Assembly (NCBI GenBank): GCA_951406725.2 | Contig: OX597828.1 | Location: 36,270,001 to 36,334,000 of the forward strand | Reading direction: 5' to 3' | Length of the DNA stretch: 64,000 bases | Source of the DNA: Octopus vulgaris | Lineage: Eukaryota | Part shown: positions 1-12,823 of the stretch, piece by piece | How the letters are laid out: each line of letters opens with the position of its first letter | How positions within the stretch are numbered: the stretch's first letter is position 1 | Made by a program: the position numbers and the translations under genes | The notes under the pieces: model-generated | The model's input: the letters and a program-made list of their open reading frames with translations, nothing else | What the model was told of the DNA's origin: nothing | Database searches by the model: none

Positions 1-199
1 ACCCACAAAAGTATTTTAAGGGTCTCTGAAAAAATTTTGTTTCTCTAACATTTTACATAGTTCAACCAACACAAATTAATGTGTGGAAAATAAAATAGGA
101 ATTTTAAAAGAATTTTTAAATATCGAATGGCTTTGGGGTTCCACCAGAATAAAATAGTAATCAAAGGGGTTCATAGATAAAAAAGGGTTGAGAAACCTG
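1..199. mobile_element. Right end of a hAT (Charlie-like) non-autonomous element
   Basis: Ends in aaaagggttgagaaacctg, the reverse complement of a CAGG(G)TTTCTCAACC-type hAT TIR, with subterminal ggggttc motifs. The left end is outside the window. Confidence 0.45.
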
Positions 200-460
200 A
201 GTAGAGAATCCTTTTTTTGGCTCACTGTTTTGGAAGGCAAAGAGAAATATAGTTTATTGACCAACCTTAACCCTGAACATAACTATCAGGGTTCCACAGT
301 AGGGGTCTCAATCCCTCCCTCTAACGCCACCTCCAAGTTTCAGAGCGGGTGATAGACCGGAAATAAAGAGAAAGTTACAAGAGAAGAAAGCAACACAAAT
401 ACTGCAATATAGTTAGTCTGGTTGTCTGCTGTTTTAATTATCTATACTACTCTTAATAAT

Positions 461-1270
461 AATAATAATAATACTCCTTTCTACTGTAGGCACAAAGCCT
501 GACATTTTGGGAAAGGGGGCACTAATCAATTACATCAGCCCAAGTGCTCAACTGGTACCTATTTAACTGATGCCGAATGGAGAAATGGTGAAGTTAATTT
601 TGAGAGAATGTGAACCTAGTACGCACAGACAAAATGTCACAAAGTATTTTATCTGTTATGTTAATGAGTCAGCCAGTTCACCACCTCCTTAATAATAATG
701 ATCCTTTCTACTGGAAACACAAGGCCTTAAATTTGAGGGAAGGGATTAAATCAATTACATCGACCCCAGTATGTAACTGGTACTTGTTTAATCGACCCTC
801 CCAAAAGGATGAAAGGCAAAGTCAACCCCAGCAGAATTTGAACTCTGAACGTGAAGACAAACAAAATACCACCAAGCATTTTGCCCGATATGCTAATGAT
901 TCTGCCAGCTCACTGCCTTGTAGTAGTAATAATAATAATGATGATGATGATGATTCCAAATTCTGGCACATGGCCAGCAATTTCGGGGAAGTGAGTAAGT
1001 TGACTATATTGACTGTAGCGTATTTCATTAGTACTCTATTTTACCATCCTCAGAGGGGTAGCAGACAAAGTTGAACTTAGCAGGATTTGAATTCAGAGCT
1101 AAAATTATTGATTCTGACTTTGGTACAATGCCAACAATTTTCGGAAGGTGGGAGCTAGTCAATTCTATCCCAGTATTAATTTTGGAGGGATTTGAACTCA
1201 GAATGTAAAGGATCAGAACAAATACTGCAAGACAATTTTTTCTAACGCTCTAACAAGTGTTCCAGCTTAA
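461..1270 (-). mobile_element. Head-to-tail cluster of ~4 SINE-A copies (tRNA head, central ctttcatcctttcggggtcgat domain, (ATT)n tail)
   Basis: Repeated ctggtacttatttaatcgacccc..aaaggatgaaaggcaaagtc..gaatttgaactcagaa..ctgccagctc blocks separated by (AAT)n/(GAT)n. Confidence 0.85.
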
Positions 1271-1280
1271 TACAAATAAT

Positions 1281-1647
1281 AACAAGAGCACTCAGAGAGC
1301 GCAAACCTCTGCCAAGGCAACACCAACATCCTCTCAACAATAAGCCAGAGATGATTTTTTAAATGAGAATATCTGAAATAAACTTGACTGCTCTCTTAAA
1401 CAAGAATATTAAAGATGAACCCGACCACTCTCAAAAATTAAGTAAAAACAGAGGGAAAGTAATCCAGAATTCTTGTCCGGTACCAGATCAATCCCAAAAT
1501 CTAATCGGTTCATGCCAGCCACAACGCCAAACATCCCTGAAAGTTTCATCTGAATCCATCCAGCAGTTCTTGAGATATCTTGCCCATGGACAAACAAACA
1601 AACACGACTGAAAACAATACCTCCACCTTCGCTGAGGCAGAGATAAT
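1281..1647 (-). mobile_element. Non-autonomous Helentron/DINE-1-like (HINE) element
   Basis: Terminal hairpin gcactc-aga-gagcgc, subterminal IR cctctgccaagg with a degenerate partner near 1631-1643, internal (caaa)n. Related to 8561-8965 in the opposite orientation. Confidence 0.65.
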
Positions 1648-1654
1648 AATGATG

Positions 1655-1690
<36 letters not shown>

Positions 1691-2039
1691 TTAACAATAA
1701 TAATAATAATCATAATAATTTTGACACAAGACCAGCAATTTTAGGGGAGGAAGCAAGTCAGTTACACCAACCCCCAATGCACCACTGGTACTTATTTAAT
1801 CAACCCCAAAAGGATGAAAGGCTAAGTTAACCAAGGCAGAATTTGAACTTAGAAAGTAAAGAGCCAGAAAAGAAATGCTGCTAAGCATTTTATCCAACAT
1901 GCCAACCATTCTGCCATAACAAAGTTATTTTCAGTGAATACTACATTCATTCAGTTATAAAATGAGAAACATATTTAACCCAGTAATTGCTATAAAGTTA
2001 ATGAATGAAAACAAAAGGAAAATTTTTGTCTACACATTC

Positions 2040-3165
2040 AACCAGTATTTCAATGTATTTTGTAGTACTAACTATTATAGTCACCAATACAGACTATTAT
2101 AGTCACCAATACAAACATTTGGATAGATTTCTCTATACAAATGTGGCTGGTTAGTATTTGAATATATTTTATAGTAATAACTATTACAGAGACCAATACA
2201 GATTGTCGACATATATGACTATATTTGAACACATTTTTCTTTCTCTCTTTATGTGTGTGTGTGTGTATGTCTGGTTGGTTAGTATTAGGATATACTTTAT
2301 AGTCAAAGCTAATACAGTGACCAACTCTGTGTCGACACATACAGTCATGAACATATTTTTTTCCTCTCTCTCTTTCTCTCCATATATATATATATATATA
2401 TATATATCCAAAACAGTTACAAAGAATCCAGAGATTGATACCTTTTCAAATTTTTCTTTTAATTTTACAGTTATACAGCATACCAAGTTAGTTGGTAGTG
2501 AAACTGGATTTACCCATCAAAAGAATTACAGCAGGATTGCCAACACTAAGCAATCATTGATGTTTCTGACTAATTGGTGTGGCTAGCTGCGACCTGGAAT
2601 ATGCCTGAGAACTATTAGGGTACCTGACTGGAAAATTTATCCCTATATACTCCTCTTTATATATATACACACACACCTGTGCCGGTGGCACGTAAAAAGC
2701 ACCCACTACACTCACGAAGTGGTTGGTGTTAGGAAGGGCATCCAGCTGTAGAAACACTGCCAGATCAGACTGGAGCCTGGTGTAGCCTCCTGGCTTCCCA
2801 GAACCCGGTCAAACTGTCCAACCTGTGCTAGCACAGAAAACAGACGTTAAACGATGATGATGATGATGATGACACACGCATATATGTATGTCTGTGTGTG
2901 TGTCTGGCTGTTTAGTATTTGGGTTATTTCATAGTAATAGCTATCAGAGTGACCAACACAGATCGTGTTGTCATATATAACTGTTTAAACATATTTCTCT
3001 CTTTACATACGTGTAATTGGTATTTCAATATATTTTGCAATGATAACTATTATGATCATATGCAACTGTGTGCAAATGTGAACGTTTTTCTCTGCATAGC
3101 TGGTCAGTATTGGAAACATCTTGTACTACTAACTATCATTCTAGCCACTGATAACTATACAAAAT
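2040..3165. repeat. Old degenerate tandem repeat (~100-135 bp unit, ~6 units), interrupted by later insertions
   Basis: Recurrent motif ctggttagtattt..atatttt.tagta.taactatt..gaccaatacaga..aacatttt.tctct near 2040, 2145, 2270, 2905, 3015 and 3100. Confidence 0.55.
2677..2872 (+). mobile_element. Retroposon family C, 5'-truncated (1 structured unit, RTE-like tail, (GAT)n)
   Basis: gtgccggtggcacgtaaaaagcacc..tggttggtgttaggaagggcatccagctgtagaaac..gacgttaaacgatgatgat; at least 7 related copies in the window. Confidence 0.8.
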
Positions 3166-3329
3166 GATGCTGTGACCTCCAGCAAAATCTACAGACAAAC
3201 ACAGATTAAAGGAGGGTGTTGCTATATGGTATTTAAACTTACTAGAAATAGCAGCCAAATCTCCCTCAAATTCTACTCTACAGTTTTGAAAAGGAGGAAG
3301 GCATAATGACAGTGTAGCCCTAGATATGA

Positions 3330-3645
3330 AAACCTAAACTGACACTCCATCAGGGCTCCAGTTGATCCGATCAACGAAACAGCCTGCTCATGAAATTAAC
3401 ATTCAAGTGGCTGAGTACTCCACAGACATATGTACCCTCAATGTAGTTCTCGGGGAGATTCAGCATGACAGAACGTGACAAGGCTGGCACTTTTAAATAC
3501 AGGTACAACCCATTTTTGCCAGTTGAGTAAACTGGAACAATGTGAAATAAAGTGTCTTGCTCAAGGACACACCACACCTCCAGGAATCGAACTCACAGCC
3601 TTATGGCCACAAGCTGAATACCCTTACCTAAGCTACATGCCTTCA
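3330..3645 (-). mobile_element. tRNA-headed CORE-like SINE (family E variant)
   Basis: Reverse strand gives an A/B-box head (gagttcgattcc) followed by gtgtccttgagcaagacactttatttcac. A related copy lies at ~41810-42110. Confidence 0.65.
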
Positions 3646-4716
3646 TAGTCCTAGATCTATTGTCTAAATGAAAGACAGAACTGTCATGGCTGAAACGTCT
3701 TTGATCATAGGTCAGCTCAGTCAGGGCTGACCTGGGGTTAAGTAATAACAATGACTGCTTGTCAATGGTCCTCAACGTGACGAAAGTATGACGTGTGGAT
3801 TTGTAAATTCCACTGCAATGCTTAAATTAGTTACTTATTTAACGATGCCATAGGTTTGTGCAAACAGAACTGACCAAGGGGCTACACACATCAACCACAA
3901 TGATAACGATGACAACAAAGATGACGATGATGATGATGATGATGATGATGACAATGACGCAGGCCAACAAGATTAGAATCAGCTGATGATAACAATGATG
4001 GAGGCAGCGGCGGTGGTGGTGTGGTGGTGGTGTGGTGGTGGTGGTGGTGGTGGTGCTGCTGTTAGCAAGAACAAGAAGACAGGGGAAGTGAGGAGAGAAA
4101 TGGCAGTGTGCCACTGTCATTCAAAAGCCGGAATTGTAACAAGCAAGGAAATCCTGAATGGTTTAGATGACTATCAGAACAAGCATAATTAAAGTAAGAG
4201 GCAGACAAACAGTAGCACACACACATACGTATACAGATATAGATATGCACTTTATGCAAACACATACACACACAAACACACACACCACACACGACATAGT
4301 GAGTGTGGCTGTTGATATCACACTTTCATACCCTAATGTGCATACGCATGCATACAAAAAGCAGGAAGTTTGGTACGAAGGAAGAAAAAAAAGAAAGGTC
4401 ATCAAACCATGAAGCATAAAACCACAATTATATTACTACCACTTGTAGTACTAATACTGTTACTACTACTACTATTACTACTATCGTTATGAACTTCACC
4501 TATATTACAATAAATGGCGTTATTTCATGCCTCAGATAACTTTGACAGTGGAAGGAATTTTGGTTCAATTGGGAACATCAATGGCAGATGAGAACATTAA
4601 AAGGCAATTGTAGGTTTTATAGTGTTAATGTGTGTGTGTACCCGCGCACACTCACATTATATATACATAAATATATACGTTATTTGTTTACCATATGCAT
4701 GAGTATGTGTGTGCAA

Positions 4717-4751
<35 letters not shown>

Positions 4752-4852
4752 CACATACACATTATATCCTTTCTTAACCACAGATTGCATGTACAAAGAT
4801 AAAGGGTAGTGTGTTTAAAAGGAACAATCAGTACATACAGAACTAGTAACAT

Positions 4853-4921
<69 letters not shown>

Positions 4922-5087
4922 ATGCAGAATAACACATACACTTAAATGTGCTTACACAGAGTGTGGCAGGCATTTGCGACTAAACTTTGGCAGGACATTA
5001 ATGCAAGACAACCTGACATAATATCAGGTCATCTTGCAGATATGACATCAAATACCAAATTATAAGTCTCTCATTTGTTGTTTCTTA

Positions 5088-6098
5088 CACAGGCACAAGG
5101 CCCAAAATATAAGGGGAGGCGCTTAGTCAATTAACTTTATGCCAGTACTTGACTGGTATATGATTTAATCAACCCTGGCAGAATGAAAAACAAAGTCAGC
5201 TTCAGCAGAATTTGAACTTGAAACAGAAAGACAGACAAAATGCTGCTAAGCACTTTTTAGCCAGTGTGCTAACGATTCCGCCAGCTCACCACCTCAATAA
5301 AATTAATAATAGTAATAATAATGATGAGGACTTCACATTTTGGTACAAGGCCAGCAATTTCAGGTGGAGAGAGTAAGTTGATTACATCAATCTCAGTAGT
5401 CAACTGGTACTTATTTTACCAATCCTGAAAGAGTGAGAAGCAAAGTCAACACTCGACGGAATCTGAACTCAGAATTTGCAGACAGATATATAAGCACCAT
5501 TCATGCGTGGGTCATTGCCAATGCTGCCTGACTGTCTCCCCATGCAGGTGGCACGTAAAAAGCACCATCCAAATGGGGTCGATGCCAGTACCACCTGACT
5601 GGCTCCCGTGCCGGTGGAATGTAGAAAGCACCCACTACACTCTTGGAGTGGTTGACATTAGGAAGGACATCCACCTGTAGAAACATTGCCAGATCAGATT
5701 GGAACCTGGTGCGACCTCCTGTCTTGCCAGTCCTCAGTCACACCGTCCAACCCATGCCAGTGTGAAAAACAGACATTAAATGATGATGATGATGATTATT
5801 AATTGCTGCTAAGCATTCTGCCCAGAATGCTAATGATTCTGTTAGCTCACCACTTTAACAACAACAACAATAATAGTAATAATAATCCTTTCTACTATAG
5901 GCACAAGGCCTGAAATTTTGGTGGACAGGACTAATAGATTACATCAACCCCAATGATCAACTGGTACTTAATTTATCGACCCTGAAAGGATGAAAGGCAA
6001 AGACGACCTTGGCGGAATTTGAACTCAGAACGAAGTCACAGGCAAAATACCGCTAAGCATTTCATCTCGTATGCTAATGATTCTGCCAGCTCACTGCC

Positions 6099-6154
<56 letters not shown>

Positions 6155-6410
6155 CCTTTCTACTGGAAGCACAAGTCCTCAAATTTGGGGGAAGGGATTA
6201 AATTGATTACATCGACCCCAGTGCATAACTGGTAACTTAGTTTATCGACCCTGAAAGGATGAAAGACAAAGTTGACCACGGTGGAATTTGATCTCAGAAA
6301 GTAAAGACAGATGAAATATCACTAAGCATTTCGCCTGGAATGCTAATGTTCCTGCCAGTTCATTGCCTTAATAATGATAATAATAATAATAATAATAATG
6401 ATGATAATTT
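5088..6410 (-). mobile_element. Head-to-tail array of ~4 SINE-A copies with a family C insertion (5491-5797, + strand)
   Basis: SINE-A bodies are joined through (AAT)n tracts. One copy is split at gacagat|...|aattgctgctaagc by a family C element carrying 2 structured units. Confidence 0.85.
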
Positions 6411-6754
6411 CTAACAGTTACATGGCCTCAATGTTTTCTAGGGAATGAGCAATCAAACTGTCTCCAGATATTTCTGCTGTAGTAATTCCAGTCATTATCT
6501 ACATTAGTTAGATTAATTAGCAGCAAAGAAATTAGAAGTAAATTACATTGGCTGTGAATGTTAAGATGTCAGAATACTGATGATATGAGGAGGTGATTTG
6601 TTCAAAGCTTGAAACATGCAACCCATTAAGTTATGATCCTTAGGAGAAGATAAGAAGCTGTTACCAAGTTTTCAGAATATTATATACTAAACCAATCTCC
6701 AAAATATGATTTACAAACTAGTTTTGCTGACTATTTCTAAATTAAATCCAAGAT

Positions 6755-7215
6755 CGTGGTTTCCCCAATCTCATGGCCATGTGGATAGTTCAATGCGTCT
6801 CAATGACCCTAAGAGCTAAGTCAGTGGAGTACAACCTCCTGGGAAGGTCTCCCATACCAGACAGGTCAAAGAGTAAAGGTCACAATAATATGGATCATCT
6901 CTTCCCCAAGGTAAAAATGAGCTTGCATTGAGGACCAACACCCCTTCCTGGGTGTACAAGCTCCTAGGAAGGTCTCCCATACTAGACAGGTCAAAGAGTA
7001 ACGGTCACAATAATATGGATCATCTCTTCCCCAAGGTAAAAATGGGCTTGCATTGAGGACCAACACTCCTTCCTAGAAAAAAGTAAAATTGGAGAAGCAT
7101 CAATCCCATTCAAGACCAACAAGACCTGAGAGAGGAAAGACAATCTAGAGTGGAGAACAGTCGAGAAAAGTCATCGATGGCTTGTGGTCCATATGAAGTG
7201 AAGGGCTAACGGAAG
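6755..7215 (+). mobile_element. RTE-derived bipartite non-autonomous element (5'UTR-like part plus 3' end) with an internal ~125-bp tandem duplication
   Basis: tctcaatgaccctaagagcta..gaaggtctcccataccagacaggtc resembles RTE/Expander 5'UTRs (from memory). The 3' part gatggcttgtggtccatatgaagtgaagggctaa resembles RTE 3' ends. 6828-6953 is duplicated at 6954-7076. Confidence 0.5.
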
Positions 7216-7679
7216 AATGGATAAACCACAAGAATGTCAAAAATGATTGGTTGAATTGTTTATGATGATGGTGCATCTGGTACAAAAAAATGAAGACCTC
7301 AAAAAGAGAAATTTTCTCTGGATGATAAAAACCTCTAAAAAGGAGAACAGCTTAAAATCTTACTGTAGATTTATGATAATGACAAAATTTATTCTGCTTC
7401 CATTAGTTTATGTGACTGACAACAGGTACAAAACACCTCCCAATTACATGGTTGAATAATTTAGGAGACGGAAGGTAAGAGGTAATCAACTGGTGTAAAA
7501 AAAAAACCCCAGCTGAGCTGACAATAAAGTTCCTGCTTCTCCCTATTTTTAATCTGCTAATTATATTATCAGCGTAAGACAATCAATGAAACCAGTTGAG
7601 GAGTTCAGCAATTTATATCCTGTCAAAGGCAGTATGTCATATCCGTGATCAAGTTCAGTAACTCTCTATAACCAAACCC

Positions 7680-8400
7680 ACCAAGTTCTAATTAGATACC
7701 AGAAGGTGGTAATTGTTCACTGCTGTAACCAGTGGCATCACTGTGAAATCCACCTAGTTCAATTTAGATATCATCATTATCAGCAATTTTTTTTTTCCTC
7801 GCCCTTTTCAAGCCTAGCCAGGCTCATGGGCCCGGATACCCGGTTTCTGTGACATATGTGTTCCCCCCAGCTGGACAGGACGCCAGTCCATTGCAGCGCT
7901 ACCCAAGAAACAGGAAGACAGAGTGAGAGAAAGTTGGGGCGAAAGAGTACAACAGGGGTCGCCACCACCCCCTGCCAAAGACTCATTGAGCTTTAGGTGT
8001 TTTCGCTCAATAAACACACACAACACCCGCTCTGGGAATCGAAACCGCGATCCTCCGACTGTGAGTCCACTGCCCTAACCACTGGGCCATTGCGCCTCCA
8101 CATTATCAGCAATAGCAGCATTTAATGTCTGTGTTCGATGCTGGCATGGGTTGAACACTGACAGAATAGGATGTGTCCAAGGACTGCATTGTTCTCCAAA
8201 AGCTAATAACTGCTCATCAGCATAACCAACTGAACCACAGTGGAATTCACCTAGTTCTAATTAAATACAATAAAGTGATAACTGTTCACTGCAGTATCCA
8301 AATGCCATCACTGCAGAATCTGGAATCCACTGAGTTCTAATCAGATACCACAAGGCAGTAATTGTTCATTACTGTAACCAGTTCCATCTCTGTGGAATTG
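7680..8400. repeat. Degenerate ~70-bp minisatellite interrupted by a SINE
   Basis: Units of gttctaattagatacc..gtaattgttcactgctgtaaccag..catcactgtggaatccacc occur on both sides of the 7788-8100 SINE. Confidence 0.6.
7788..8100 (-). mobile_element. tRNA-headed SINE family D, full length with TSD
   Basis: Minus-strand head tggaggcgcaatggcccagtggttaggg..gcggtttcgattcccag; 13-bp TSD cattatcagcaat at 7775-7787 and 8101-8113. Confidence 0.9.
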
Positions 8401-8514
8401 GAGAATGGTGTATAAGAACAGTTAATAAGACTGATTTCAAACTTTCCTGTGAGAAAAGCTGCTAGTAATAGACTAACACAGCACTTCAAGACTTAGATGG
8501 GGGTTAAGGCTTAA

Positions 8515-9138
8515 CCCTTTAGCATTCAGATCATTCTATCAAATGTAATCCTTATTTATTACCTCCGCCAAGGAAGGAGGTTATGTTTTCATCAGCGTTG
8601 GTTTGTCCATCTGTCCATCTGTGTGCAAAATAACTCAAAAAGTTGTGAACAGTATTTGATGAAACTTGCAGGAACAGTTGGTAATGACATAAGGAACAGA
8701 TGATGAAATTTTGGTAGTGATCTGGGAATTTTTATGGATTCTTGAAGGATTTTCCATTTGTTATATTTACTTGACATGAAGTATTACAATGTTACGTTCT
8801 TTGATTATCTCCCTTGAAAACACGTTCATCATTTCTACATAACCTATGGTGGCATAGCTGTTTCTAAAGTTTATTTTCGTTTCGCTATTAGTAATTTAAC
8901 TCATGTATCTATCTTAAAATGAGCTGCTTGGCAGAAGTCTGCACTCTCTGAGTGCTTTTCTAGTTCACATTGTTTTGAATTAATCAAGCATTAACTCATA
9001 GCTTTGAGATTTCATTGATGTGATTATTTATTTTTAGAACGACATTGTAGGGTAGGTGTGAGAGAGCAGATCTGACCAATTTGAACATAAGACAGGGAGA
9101 ATATTTGGGCCAGTTATGGCCAGTTTAAATGCTAAGGG
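8515..9138. mobile_element. piggyBac-type MITE family P1, split by a HINE insertion
   Basis: TTAA|CCCTTTAGCATT...AATGCTAAGGG; the body matches the intact copy at 25152-25372 once 8561-8965 is removed. Confidence 0.75.
8561..8965 (+). mobile_element. Non-autonomous Helentron/DINE-1-like (HINE) element
   Basis: 5' subterminal IR cctccgccaagg, 3' partner cttggcagaag, 3' hairpin gcactc-tct-gagtgc, then ttttctagtt. Inserted at a TT with no longer TSD. Confidence 0.75.
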
Positions 9139-9190
9139 AAGAAGGGGCAGTGTTCATGAACCTGCATACGGCTATGTCATAGAAGTACAT

Positions 9191-9541
9191 TCTTTTACTT
9201 ATTTCGGTCATTTGACTGCAGCCATTCTGAAGCATCGCCTTAAAGGGTTTTAGTCAAACAAATTGGTCTGAGAACTTTTGCCAAACTGCTAAGTTACAGG
9301 GACGTAAACACACCAACACCAGTTGTCAAGCATTGGTGGGAGAACAAACAGACACAAAGACACACACACACACATATATATATATATGACAGGCTTCTTT
9401 CATTTCTGTCTACCAAATCGACTCACAACGCTTTGGTCAACCTGAAACTATAGTAGAAGACACTTGCCCAAGGTGCCACACAGTGGGATTGAATCCAGAA
9501 CCATGTGGTTGGGAAACAAGATTCTTACCACACAGCCACGC
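9191..9541 (-). mobile_element. CORE-like SINE family B
   Basis: Reverse complement of gtggctgtgtggtaag..ggcaccttgggcaagtgtcttctactatag..internal (AT/GT)n..gcagtcaaatgaccgaaataagtaaaaga. Confidence 0.85.
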
Positions 9542-9804
9542 TTCTTCAAGAAAGAACTCCTTTACTCATGCACGTAGATTAGACTCACCCAACACACTCG
9601 CAGACACACACAAAACTGAACAGGTACATGTTGCACATGAACACAAAATTTGCATGTTCACTGATGCACATATTCATGAATGTATACACACAGATGCACA
9701 TGCAAACAGGTGTGCATACATGCATAGACATAGATGAGCATTTGTACATACACACATATATCTGCAAACAAAGACATACATATAATGCAAACTGTTGCAG
9801 ACAA

Positions 9805-9842
<38 letters not shown>

Positions 9843-10229
9843 ACACATACATGCACATACACAGAGTTACACTCACACACACTCACTTCATGAACAAGTG
9901 CAACACTACTGCTGCAATTTAAGGAATTGGTTCCAAGAAAATCATATTCAATCCCAAAACATCAGAGAATTAATCCATCTCTCTATCCTGCCATTATTAT
10001 ATATCAACAGACATATGATGCCAGTGAAGAACATAAACTGATGTTGTTGTTGTTGTTGCTGCTGCTGCTGCTGTTGTTGTTGTTGTTGTTGCTGTTGTTG
10101 TTGTTGTTGCTTCTTGTGTCCATGCATGTGGTGGAAAGGAATTTGATGAAATCAGTGACACACACACAAACACACACCACAGCAAATCTTTACATGAGTC
10201 ATTGCTAAAACCTGCAAAAATCTATCTAT

Positions 10230-11120
10230 GTGCTGGTGGTAGTAGTGGTGGTTATGTTTATGATTGTGATGATGTTGATGGTGCTAACAATGGTAGTCAG
10301 TGTGTTCATGATGGTGATGATGATGATGATAGTAGAGGTAGTGGTGGTTGTGGCAATGGCAATCACAATGATGGTGGCAATTATCGTCACAACGGTGACG
10401 GTGGCAGACATGGTGGTGGTGGTGGTAATGGTAGTTGTGGTGATGGAGGTCAAAATAGTCGTAAAGATGGCAACTGTCATCTCAGTAGTGATGGTCACGT
10501 TGATGATACTGCTGGCTGCAGTCATTTTGATGGTGGTGGTCATGATGGTTGAGGTGGTGATAGTAAGTCGTGATGGTGGTGGTGGTAGTCGTCCTCATCA
10601 TAGCAATGGTGATGGTGATTGTTGCTGAGATGGTGGAAGTGGTTGTGGTGGTTGTTGTTGCAATGGTGGTGGTTGTGGAGATGATGGCGGTGGCGGTGGT
10701 AGTGGTTGTGGTGATGGTGGTAGTTGTGATGATGGTGGTGGTGGTGATGATGGTGGTGGTGGTGATGGTGGTGGTGGTGGTGGGGTTGTGATGATGGTGG
10801 TAGTTGTGATGATGGTGGTTGTGGTGATGGTTGTGGTGGGGTTGTGGTGGTTGTAGTGTTGATGGTGGCAGTGGTAGCAGTGGTAGTTGAGGTGATGGTG
10901 GTGGTGGTGGTGATGGTTGTGGAGGTGATGGTCATGACAATGTTGGTGGTGGTTGTCATGATGGTTGCATTAAAGGCAATGTTGCAAGTAATAATCACAG
11001 CGGTGAAGATAGAATTAGTAGTGGTGGTCACAATGATTGTGTTCATAGTTATGTTGGTGACTGCAGCAACAATTGAAGTATATGTTGTAGTATATGTCAT
11101 GGTAATGGTTGACATGACAA
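10230..11120. repeat. Degenerate (GGT/GAT/GTT)n trinucleotide low-complexity tract
   Basis: About 0.9 kb of in-register triplet repeats, purest at 10620-10930. Confidence 0.9.
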
Positions 11121-11653
11121 CGGTGTTGACAGAAAAGAGAGTTGAAGTAGAGGGGGGGGGCAGAAATTTCTGATGCAAATGATCATTATTTAGAAATTAA
11201 AAAAGAAATGAGACAAAAAGAACTAAAATATGGAAAACAAATTTTTCAAAGTATAAAAAAAAGGACCCACACACCCACATATCCATGCATGGATTAATAT
11301 ATACACATAAATTTGAAAAAGATATATATATGTATGTATATATATATATGTATATATATGTATGTATATGTATGTATATATATGTATATATATATATGTA
11401 TATATAAAGGTATAAAAAGGGGAACAAGTAAAACAAAAGTAAAATTCCAAATCCTTGAATCCGTGCCTCCCCACCAAAAAAAAAAGAAGAAAAAAGGTCT
11501 CAAAAAATGGGTATGTCTTCATATATGTGTGTGTGTTTGTGTGAGTGTGTATATGTATACAAATACATATGTACATGTTGTGTATGTTTATGCATTAGTG
11601 TGGGTATATGTGGAATGTGTGTGTATTCATGGATGCCTATGTGCATTTATATG

Positions 11654-11689
<36 letters not shown>

Positions 11690-12823
11690 GAATGTGTACA
11701 CATACATAGACACACAGACACACACAAGCACACAAAAGAAAGAGAAAGGAGAACCAGAGAAATTGTTTCACACACACACAAACACACACACTCCACCCCC
11801 ACTCACCCGCTCCCCTACTCTACCGTTTATAATGCCATGTGATTATTTCCATAATTCGCTATCTGACAAAGAATTCGGAATTTAGGTGGATTACAACAGA
11901 TGATAGAATAGAATCGGATGTTTGAAGAATTTTGTATAACAAGGAGGAAAAAAAAAACAAACACACACACACACACACAAAGAAAACAATGTGTACAAAC
12001 ATACAGACATGTATAGACAGGCACATACAAATACACATTCACACGCACACAAACACATACATACACATAAAGGAAAATATATACACACAGAAATATAAAT
12101 GCATGTGTACATGAAGAAACGCATATACATACATATACACACACTTCAGTACTAACATATATGCACACAGGGGAAAATATATTCACACACATGTACATAC
12201 ATATATATGCACACACACATCATTACAAACACATATGCACATGAAAAACACAGAGACACACACATGAAACACAAATGCAAACACACACACACACACATGA
12301 GCAAACACATGTACACATACACACGCAAACTTCATGCACAGATCTTTCTATTATAAATGGTTAAAAAAATAAAGGCACAACAAAGCAGAAAGATTAGAAT
12401 CTAACCCACCCAGCTTCCCTCTAAACAGAGTTCATAGATTTTCTGCCGTTATTCTTTGATTACATTCAAATGAATATATTCACACTCACTCAGGTACACT
12501 GGTTTTTCCACTACCCTTCAAGTGTGCCACATTTTATCCAGCCTCAAATATGCCCTGTTCCCCCCCATTTGTGTGTGTCAGGTTTTTACCCACATTCAAG
12601 TGTGTGCCTCTCATTTGTCTTGTCTCAAGTATGCCAAACTTTTGTTTGCATTCAGATCTGATGAGATTTTACCCATTCTCAAGTGCAACAGACATTTAGT
12701 TCAACCATCGGACAGACCTTTGTTTTTTTCCCCCCCATTCTAAAATCACCAAATTTTGCCCACCTTTGAATACAACACATTTCTTTTACCCCAAAGTTAA
12801 CCAACCATTTAGCATTCAAATTA

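Noticed and set aside
610-1074. 154-aa ORF and similar short ORFs containing NWYLF/RPRKDERQS or LDALPNANH motifs
   Set aside because: Recurrent chance translations of SINE-A and family C repeats.
10202-11178. Poly-Val/Met, poly-Thr/His and Gly/Asp-rich ORFs (mucin-like or glycine-rich appearance)
   Set aside because: A degenerate triplet repeat open in multiple frames, with no splice signals or non-repetitive domain.
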